From positions 1-12,128 of the forward strand of contig JBHGNT010001095.1 in assembly GCA_043228905.1 (NCBI GenBank): a DNA stretch of 12,128 bases. Direction: 5' to 3'. A program made the translations under genes and the position numbers. Source of the stretch: Azolla caroliniana (Eukaryota > Plantae > Polypodiophyta). The notes under the pieces were generated by a model. It made no database searches. It was not told where the DNA came from and saw only the letters and a list, made by a program, of their open reading frames with translations. Below, in pieces: positions 1 through 8,473 of this stretch. Within the stretch, counting starts at the first letter, position 1. Every line of letters begins with the position of its first letter.

Positions 1-208
1 AAGGAAGTTCATTAGGTTTGTTGCATAATGGATGTATTCCTTAGACGTAGCAGAAAGGCGAAAATTGAAGGTAATCTAGAATCGAGAAAGAAACAAAACA
101 GTATGTATGCTGAAACCAGAAACATTTTAGGTCAATTATATCATGTAAATTGATCACTTTTCTTATCAAGAATTGTATGATTAGAGCATAGAAGGAAAAT
201 ATTTTAGA

Positions 209-237
209 AAACCCTAAAAACTTCCAAAAAACCCTAA
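209..237 (+). promoter_or_regulatory. Two telo-box motifs (AAACCCTAA) upstream of the RING-type gene
   Basis: AAACCCTAA at 209-217 and 229-237. This is a known plant promoter element, but it lies about 570 nt from the ATG and function is not shown. Confidence 0.3.
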
Positions 238-448
238 AATGTTTAAGAAAACCCATATGGCGTGGAACTCCAACCATAATAACTCTTTGTATTATCCAAA
301 GAACCTCTTAGATTACGCACAATTTTTGGTCCAAATCCCAACGATTGTTCGAGCAAGTCTTTTCCATATTTCCGTGGCAAAATCACAACTACACGAACAA
401 TGCCTTAGCAATCTCCAGTAGATGCGTACGAGAATGGCATGTACGTGT

Positions 449-681
449 TAGGAGGAGTCAACAATGGCTCGGTTGGAGCCTAAATCGAGCTGTTAAACCG
501 TTTTAAATGGTTTGTCGGTTCGGTTCGGTTCGGGCCAGTTCAAGCTTGAGCCTTGAGCCTCCTAAACCGGTTTGAGATCGGGCTGGCAAGGCTCAAGCGG
601 AACCGAACCGTTTAGGGACAAACCGGTTTGTTTAGCCGGAGGGCCAAACCGCAAAAGGAATCCGCGGTTTGAAACTCTCTC
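449..681. mobile_element. Putative degenerate hAT-type MITE / foldback element
   Basis: GC-rich island in AT-rich DNA. It has CGGTT x3 (516-530) opposed by GAACCGAACCG (600-610), an inverted pair GCTTGAGCCTTG (544-555) / CAAGGCTCAAGC (587-598), and palindromes AAACCGGTTT (564-573) and ACAAACCGGTTTGT (618-631). The start TAGGAGGAGTCAA resembles plant hAT ends. The right TIR and TSD are not clear. Confidence 0.5.
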
Positions 682-720
682 GGATCAAACCCCACCGAAG
701 CTGAAGTAATCGAACAAGAC

Positions 721-750
721 ATACAATACAATACAATACAATACGATACG
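721..750. repeat. (ATACA)4(ATACG)2 pentanucleotide microsatellite just upstream of the RING-type gene ATG
   Basis: Read directly: atacaatacaatacaatacaatacgatacg. Confidence 0.9.
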
Positions 751-799
751 TAGATCTGCGCAGGCAGAGCTTCTCTTCTTCGCTTTCTGTGACGTGAGA

Positions 800-2655
800 A
801 TGGAGCAGAGATCGTCGACCTCCTCCTTCTCTTCCTCCTCGCGACCAAATGGCGCCTCTGTGGATTCCCCTTCACCTCTTCTCGCAGAGAGCATCCCTAA
901 TTTAGACAGAAACATCCCGAATCCTTCTTTCGACTGGAACACCATCATGGTTAATGGGCTATCGGGTGTCGCTCGGTTCTGCCGCCCTGCCAGTGTGAGA
1001 AGAATGATCAGAGAACCTTCGATGATGGTTAGTCAGACAGTGATGAAGCAACTTGAAGAAGAACAGAGTGATTGGGCCTACTCTAAACCTCTTGTCATTC
1101 TTGACCTGATACGGAACCTTGCTTTCATCATGGTTTCTCTTATTGTTCTTTGTATTAGTACCAATGAAAAGCCTCATGCCCCTCTTCGGATATGGATCTG
1201 CGGTTATTGTCTTCAAGACATTGTTCATATGATCTGTGTTTCTTCAGAGCTTCGGAAGAGATATAGACAATATCTGACATACCATCATCAACAAAAATCA
1301 CCACAACAGAAACAGCAACAACTTAATAGGCCGCTGGCTGTTCCTGGTCCTTATAGGAAGTTCCGATCTAGTGAAGAATCACTCGGAGACAATTCACCTG
1401 CAGATGAAGAAATAGGAGGCGCTAACACTGGGTTCGTTTCTCCATTACACCATCTGATTTAATCCCCTCTGTAGTAGGAAATTTTAACAATTTGCTAGAG
1501 CAGCATTGTATGTTTATGAACTTATAAATACTTATAGAGGTTTCTGTTTTACTTGCTTAAATCATACATCTACATACCCACATATATGGATATTGAAAAT
1601 CTACATTCATTTTTTACATATATCTATAAATGCATTTGCATATGTACATGTGTAGAGAACTGACTTACATTTTTACTGGTGGTTCATATTTAGGGGTAAG
1701 AATATGGAAACCGAAGATTATGTACTATCTCCATACGTCCATTCTTGTCTCCCCCATGTCCTCAAGGGGGAACCCTTTTTGATATCCATGTCCTTGCAGA
1801 TTATGAATGTTACCATTGATATTATCTTTTCGCATATCTGATTTATTTCATATGGGATTGCCGTCTGGCTCCCTTTTACTGCCCCTTCTTATCATGGTAT
1901 TTAAATTTAATGTTTTTTTCTTAAACATTGGAAAAGTTGGTCTTTGACTGCAGTATTTTGATGAATGAAAAGCAATAATAGTTACTTTGCCTCTTGTATT
2001 CTGTTTGAGGTTATCTCATAGGAAAACAAGTGTCATTATTAAGGTGTGCGAGTTTGTAATATGTATGCATCTAGTGTATTCTACTCTTCATGATTTTAAG
2101 GAACTTTCCTTTTCCGATTCATATTTGGAAAGTTGTGATCCATAAATTGGACCCTTAAACTACATAAATGCAAATTTAGTTTAATTCCAACTATGTATGA
2201 AGCTAACCATTGAAAGCAAATTTAGCATCCACTGCAGTGTAATCGCGCAAGAAACTGTTGGGTGGCCTTTTGGTTTTGTGAACGTAGTTTTAAATCTTAA
2301 ATCTCTGCATGCTTTTCAGCTTTGCCAAACACTTAGAGTCTATGAACAGAATGTTCTCATTTATTTGGTGGATTGTTGGGTTCTATTGGATGACTGCGGG
2401 TGGTCAAGTTCTGATACAAGAAGCTCCAAAACTATATTGGTATAATGCACTAATATCTTTTTGGGTCGGGTTTTGTGTTACTCTATAGAATATAAATATG
2501 CTTATTTGATTATGTTTTGCAGGTTGTCTGCTGTATTTTTGGCCTTTGATGTGCTCTTTGTTGTGTTTAGTGTTGCTCTAACATATGCTATTGGATTAGC
2601 TGTTTGTTGCTGCTTACGGTGCATCATAGCCTTATTGTATGCAGTGGCTGATCAG
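800..2655 (+). CDS. Truncated membrane-anchored RING-H2 E3 ubiquitin ligase (At1g63170/At4g11680-like): N-terminal transmembrane region only, RING domain exons not found; possibly a pseudogene or captured fragment
   Basis: Exons 800-1431 (ATG 800, donor GTTCGT), 2320-2439 (ttttcAG / GTATAA) and 2523-2655 (ttttgcAG / GTATGC) splice in frame (phases 2, 2, 0). The translation carries family motifs [80 protein letters not shown] and [20 protein letters not shown] found no downstream linker or RING-H2 exon in 2656-5550. Confidence 0.88.
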
Positions 2656-3074
2656 GTATGCTGTTTGTTTGATTGAAATCTTTTTCTTTTACTGTTAATA
2701 TAAGAGAATAATGTAAGATCATAACGTTACATGCTGCCAAATTTGCGGATGCATATTCAAACTTTACATTCATATAGCTTGTTTACTTTCCAACATTTGT
2801 GGAAACATTCTGGATTTCATAGCCTGCTACTCTGACCTTAAGGTCCAGTCTTGAGATTATAGCAAGATTGTTGAAAATGCTATCAAATATTCTGATACCC
2901 AGTTGGAAACTCATTTATAACTTTCTTGCTTTGGATCACTTTCTGAAAGTCAAACAAAGCTAGTGGATGTCGCAATTTTGAGACTATACAAAATCTGCTG
3001 ATGCATGCTTAAATTTTATTTACATAGCTTTAGTTCTTTCCAAAATCTGTTTATGAAGTCAGTGTCATAGGCTG

Positions 3075-4013
3075 TCAAACACTACACCGAAATGGGCCAG
3101 GCAATCAATTCCAAATTTCGGTCCTGGATAAGAGATAGTGAGTATGTTCACTACTACACCTATCCTGGAGTATTATTGTTTGGACCTAATTCTTCTATTT
3201 TGGGAGCTGGTTCAAGGACAGATTGACCAGAGGATATGCAGATTTGGAAAGAATAGGAAGATCCCCCATGCTTTGTTTCATAAACCATACACTAAGCTGT
3301 GACTCTTTGACACTGTGGTTACCCCTGCTATGTTATATGGAATTCAGATTTGGGGTCCTAGCCTAGATCAAGAGAGTAGATGTGCGGGTACATATGATGG
3401 TTGGAGATCAATGGAGAAGCTACTTATATCTGTGATCCTTTGGATGCTTTGAGTTAAAGCCTTGGTGCTTGATGAGATTGCCAAAGAGGGAGATGGTAGC
3501 ACCAACAATTGTAGTTGAACGCCTTAGGAAGGTTGATATCCTTCATCCATGAGAGCTGGACCTACACATGGAGGTACTTCTCAACACAAATCAAGCAGTG
3601 GTTATCAACGCAGAGTACTTGACCAAATATGCCTTAGTGCTTTTTTTTATTTGGACAATATCAGAAGTTTCATTGCATTCTTCTTTTCTTTTTTGTATTT
3701 TGTGGTAATATTGATATTCATTAATGTATGCGATGAGGTGCAATGGGGAAAGTTGCTGTAACCAGAGTAGGTAGAACCTCATATACATCAGGTGCCCACA
3801 TATATAGAATCATTAACCAATCTGACACTGACAGGCCCATGATAAAATGCAATTTGCTTGTCACTTGATCGTATAGAGCAGAGGGAATTCCTAATCCCTG
3901 GATGCTCTGAAAGAGCCTCTTATGTGGAGTTGTATCAAAGGCTTTGTGGAAGTTCGCAAAATCAGTAATGTAGCCTCTTCAAGGCCCTGGCTTATATGTC
4001 ACCTGGCCAGGAG

Positions 4014-4068
<55 letters not shown>

Positions 4069-4210
4069 TTAACGTACTCTAAGACCAAATTGCAACACTG
4101 ATGAAGGGTTGAAGGTGTAACAAATAAGATGAGGAACTTCATGTTATTTGCCAAAGAGGGTTTGGTTTAAGCAGCATTTTGTCCTAAGGAAGTTGGTGCC
4201 AGTTTCATCC
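3075..4210 (+). mobile_element. Degenerate non-LTR retrotransposon (LINE) remnant, C-terminal reverse-transcriptase region and downstream ORF2 part
   Basis: Broken frames give EYVHYYTYPGVLLFGP (from 3140; cf. the YxYLG motif) and HKPYTKL*LFDTVVTPAMLYGIQIWGPS (TGA at 3300-3302; cf. the LINE RT-thumb LF..LV.P.L.YG.E.WG motif), then WRSMEKLLISVILWML*VKA. Stops and frameshifts occur throughout. Boundaries are approximate. Confidence 0.6.
4017..4066. repeat. (CA)25 microsatellite
   Basis: 25 perfect CA units read directly. Confidence 0.98.
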
Positions 4211-4687
4211 GGAAATAATCTAATCAACTGACTTATTTGGGAGGAATAAAGTGTAAGTTGGGGTACCTTCCTATGGCAGTTGATAGATGTGGGAGGAAGA
4301 TTATGGATGCAGATCTTCAATAAAAGGCTGAAGCTTGCGCAAACTCATTGCATTCGTCTCTAGTTAGGTTTTCTGGACACAATCTTTATCAACACCTTCT
4401 TGGAGAACACTTGCTTCTGTGTTTCAGCAAAAAGTTGTGCATTGGCTCCATGACTGGTTCTGCTCTCAATGTATTAACTGGTGTGCCCTCATTTTGCAGT
4501 CAAATTTGCTCTCTCTCAGCTTCGTGTATTCTCTGTGAAGTTCTACTTGGTGCTAAAATGACCACAATTCAGCTGCACCTCTCTTGGGTGCTAGTTTTTG
4601 CACAACGTTTTAGGTGCACATCTTCTGGATTCTAGTATTGTTATGTCTTTACTATAGCCTATTGTATGTGGCCATTGTGTCTTTTTG

Positions 4688-4803
4688 TAATTTGATGTGT
4701 CCGTCAGAATTAAAACTATGGAGGTTCTTAGGAAGTTTTGGTATAGTGGATATAATTTGATGTCCTTCAGAGTTAGAACCATGGAGATTCTTAGGCAGTT
4801 CTG
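4688..4803. repeat. Diverged ~52-bp tandem duplication
   Basis: 4688-4740 TAATTTGATGTGTCCGTCAGAATTAAAACTATGGAGGTTCTTAGGAAGTTTTG vs 4753-4803 TAATTTGATGTCCTTCAGAGTTAGAACCATGGAGATTCTTAGGCAGTTCTG. Confidence 0.85.
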
Positions 4804-5568
4804 CTTTTACGCAGAGTTAAGACTGATCAACATATGATATAACATAATGTAACATTACACTCACAAATATAAATAGAGACACAATCAACAATACATCCGC
4901 AAACATATATGGCCAATAACATAATGTACAGATGTACGAACAATGGTAACATAATCTACAAACATATCAATGACTCAATTAATATAATCGACAATAATAA
5001 ACAGACATAACAATGGCCAGAACATCAATAGACATGAACACATTAATAACAAACAATTGTATAACCAAATAACCACAACTGTTATATTATTACATCAAAT
5101 AGCTATAACTAGTGACATCAATGGCGATAACTTCATTGATATAACTTGAACATGAATGAATAACATTAAATAGGCATGGTCACATAATAGCAATATCAAG
5201 TAACATGCATACAACATGAATGGGGATGACCTGAACGTATAACTGCTGGAGAAACGGTTGATCAAAGGTCAATGGGGAATTAATAAAAACTTGGTAGCAT
5301 TTAGGCAAATCGAGGGAAAATTAAGAATATTGAGAGCTTTTCCCACCATGCTTTTGGAGATGAACTTCTCACACAGTAAATATAGGTTGTACTATACATA
5401 TTGTTTTTTGGAGATATCATTTGCTTCAGCCTTTCACTTTCATGTCTTAATGATCTTTTTGCAGGTTGTCTGGAATATCACGCCTTGCATGCCAAATGTT
5501 TTATATTGTTTTGCAGTTCTATTGGCTTACATTTTAAATTTTAAATTTGCAGGGGTTTTTGGCACAAA

Positions 5569-7768
5569 ATGCTCCGATTGATTCCACTATATATGCTTCT
5601 AATTGCAGAATTCTCATGGTCTTCCTTTGCTAATGCCTGCGATGGACAAAGATACTTACGTTCTTAGTGTGGATTCTTCCAATTTCACTCAAGTTGTGCA
5701 GCAACATTCTTTTAATTGTCATAGAATTTTATGCTCCTTGGTAAGTAAAATGTAATATAGTAAAGCAATTGTGGAAAGTGATGAAGAGAATGCATCTGAA
5801 CTGACTGCAGTTGCATATTTGACTGAACATGTACTGCTAAAAGTTTTTCAGGGGAAGTCAAGTTCTATTTGTTGTTTTTCATGGGAAGTCGAATTCCATT
5901 TATTTGTGGGAAGTTGAATTCTTAGTGTTATGCATGCATCGATGAATCATTAACATGGGTGCATCACAAAAGATTCTTGTGTATGGATGCGTTTGCCTTT
6001 ATTAGTGGGGATTCTTGGTATAAAAAAAGCAGTATGTTTTTTGTGATAACGGGAGTATCTAAAATGAGTTACCCTGCCCAAGACCCCCAACTCAGATTCT
6101 TTTATCTTTCTATGCGGTGTAGGTGTGGTCATTGTAAGAGGCTTGCTCCTGAGGTATTTCAAATTTCTAGTCGTCCATAAATTTATCATATTTTCCTTAA
6201 CATAACTATACCTCACTTCATCTTTCCAATCTAGTATGAACGAGCTGCAGCTATCCTTAAGACACATGAGCCTGCCATTGTGCTTGCAAAGATTAATGCA
6301 AATGAAGAGACAAACAAAGCCTTGGCAGGCCAATTCAATGTTCGTGGCTATCCAACCTTAAAGATATTTGAGAAAGGAGGATCAATTGTTCGTGATTTCA
6401 AAGGCCCAAGAGATACAGAAGGCATTGTATCATATTTGAAGAAACAAGTTGGCCCACCTTCCATTGAAATCACATCTGTAGAGGAGGGCAGAAAACTTGT
6501 TGAAGAAACTGACCTTCTTGTTGTAAGTGAAAGAAAGATGACATGTTTAATGCTCATATCTCATACTACTAATTTTTAATTTGTTGCATTGAATTGATGG
6601 ATTAGGTGGGGCTGTTCTCATCGTACGAATCTGAAGAGTTCAGAAACTTTACATCTATTGCAAGTGAATTGCGAGCAATGTATGAGTTCCGTCATACATT
6701 ATTTGCTAGCTTTTTACCGACAAAATCTTCTACTTTTACTGCTCCTGCAATACGTGTATTCAAGAAATTTGAAGAAAGCTTTAATGATCTGAAGGTATCC
6801 TTTACTTTTCCTTATGTATTAATATGACTTGCCTACCCAGCACTAAGCTTTATGAACAAATGCATCACCAGGGGTTTGAAGTTGAGTTCGTAAAGAATTT
6901 TCTTCATGCAAGTGAGTGTTCCTTCAGTTGTATTACTAAACAAAGATCCTGCTCAAAGGAAGTTTGTTTCCCAGATTTTTGCAAATCCTCAAGTTTCCAA
7001 GGTTAAAAATTTCAATACCACCTGTTTTTCTCTTATTTTCTGTACGTTCACTATGCATGTATATTTATGGGAGCATATCTTTCACTGCATTTAGCATACA
7101 AATTTCTGTCAGTTGCTTGGATGTACAATATGTAACTGCTATACTTATAGAATCTTTTCTTCCTTTAATTTCTTTTTCTTGTTTGTAGGTATTTTTGTTT
7201 TTAGATTCTGGGAATAAAGGTCATGAGGATGTCGAAGCAGTTTTCAGCGAGCTTGCCAAAGAGCACAAGAGCAAGGGTTTGAGATTCCTTATCGCAGACA
7301 CTGAATATGGAAAGGATGCACTCCAGGTTCTTGATTTTTTATTTGCTTCTTTGTTTATAGTTGATGTTTTATTTTACCATTGTTAAACTTGCTAATTGTT
7401 GTGATTGTTGTGTTTATGTTTACTCTATTCTGCATCCAGTATTTTGGAGTTAGAAAAGGTAAGCTTCCTTCAATTGCGATTCAGGACAAAGATGAACACA
7501 AATACATCCTTGAGGAAGCTTATCCTGGAAAAATAAGGATGTGGTTCAAGGATTACTTTGTAAGCAGATTTACTCTTATTGGATCCAATTTGTGTATCCT
7601 GTTGCATGTACAAGTGTTTGATCATTGGTATCTATTTTGAGTTCTTGCAGAATGGGAAACTAACTAAATTTGATAGCTCGAAATCTACAGCAGAATATAA
7701 TTATGAACTTGTGAAGGACATGTTCATAGATACGATTGGAGATGTGGTCTTCAGATCTTTGAAAAATG
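5569..7768 (+). CDS. PDIL1: Protein disulfide isomerase, PDIL1 class (signal peptide + a-b-b'-x + start of a'); C-terminally truncated, three +1 frameshifts; probably the 5' half of a PDI-LCB1 chimeric gene
   Basis: Exons 5569-5740, 6123-6153, 6235-6522, 6606-6794, 6872-7001, 7189-7326, 7440-7559 and 7651-7768, all GT-AG. The frame-corrected translation reads MLRLIPLYMLLIAEFSWSSFANA (signal-peptide-like)...[83 protein letters not shown]...KGPRDTEGIVSYLKKQVGP...|YFGV...|NGKL...VFRSLKN. The 31-nt CGHC micro-exon and the 288/189/138/120/118-nt exons match the plant PDIL1 architecture as I recall it. Extra bases at about 5636-5645, 5714 and 6910/6911. Confidence 0.9.
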
Positions 7769-8096
7769 GTATGTAAATTTTAGATCATTTTCTTCATGTA
7801 TGCTTGTCATTTGAAGGTGAACGGGGTTTAGGTTGATTTTCAGGCTATATGATCATGTGAGTGTTCATACATCCTGTTTGAGCATTTCTTAAATATATTG
7901 TTTGTTTAACAGATTGACTCTGTATTTGTTTCAATGGGCCCAAGTTTGAAAAGTATTTCGGTAAAGGCTGCAGATAACCATAAAATAGAAATGATGGATT
8001 GAAGCCAAACTGGCTGAATGATGTTTATGAATACCTATGTTCACATGATTTATTCAAGCTCGGCTGTTCATTTGGTGAATGAATTACTTGATGATG

Positions 8097-8328
8097 ATTT
8101 AGATTGATCCCAACATTGTTGGTTTTCATGGCATTCACATGTTTTTTCTTTACTTATGCTGAAAATATAATTGCCATATCTTCTTTTTAAACTTAAAAAA
8201 ATAAAATTCATTGCCACATTCGCAAACAAGAGGCAGTGCCTCAATTTGCGATTTGCCCATTGATCCCTTAGAATATTTCATTTTACTGAAATCTATTTCA
8301 TTTTACCTAATTTAGATTGATCCCTTAG
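8097..8328. repeat. Cluster of short direct repeats and a hairpin in the PDI/LCB1 junction intron
   Basis: ATTTAGATTGATCCC at 8097-8111 and 8310-8324; ATTGATCCCTTAG at 8259-8271 and 8316-8328; TATTTCATTTTAC at 8274-8286 and 8294-8306; stem-loop TCGCAAA-caa-GAGGC-agt-GCCTC-aa-TTTGCGA at 8220-8251. Confidence 0.75.
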
Positions 8329-8473
8329 GATGTTGGAGATTGACGTGAAATGTTGAGATTATAGTGTACTCATTGCTGCTGGATTCTTGTGCTAACTTTA
8401 GCAATTTAGTGAAAAATGGAATGGAAAGATTAAGTTGTGATGGTTTAAGATTTACTTTGATTTATTGTTACAG

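Noticed and set aside
1112-1114. CGG for a conserved Trp as a C-to-U RNA editing site
   Set aside because: Plant C-to-U editing is organellar. This is a spliceosomal nuclear gene, and the other substitutions cannot be fixed by editing.
612-1228. Minus-strand ORFs 612-875, 685-948 and 959-1228
   Set aside because: They are antisense shadows of the RING-type exon 1 and its low-complexity leader, with no recognisable motifs.
1432-1462. ORF track extends the first ORF to a stop at 1462
   Set aside because: The donor at 1432 splices in frame to the conserved exon at 2320, so the extension is intron read-through.
4348-5581. Cys-rich ORF 4348-4635 and the FHFH word in ORF 5258-5581 as possible missing RING-H2 exons
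   Set aside because: Neither has C-x2-C...C-x-H-x2-H-x2-C...C-x2-C spacing. They look like translations of T-rich intron.
5950-6557. Minus-strand ORFs 5950-6333 and 6348-6557
   Set aside because: They are antisense to PDI exons 2-3 and their introns, with no independent support.
7844-7960. Possible micro-exons 7844-7856 (cAG..GTGAGT) and 7913-7960 (acAG..GTAAAG) as PDI exon 9 or LCB1 exon 1
   Set aside because: No PDI a' or LCB1 N-terminal similarity. Inclusion after exon 8 gives stops or frameshifts, and the intervening intron would be only 56 nt. Use as non-coding or poison exons cannot be excluded.
8259-8328. Short repeats as a CRISPR-like or prokaryotic array
   Set aside because: Eukaryotic context, only two copies of each word and no regular spacer period.
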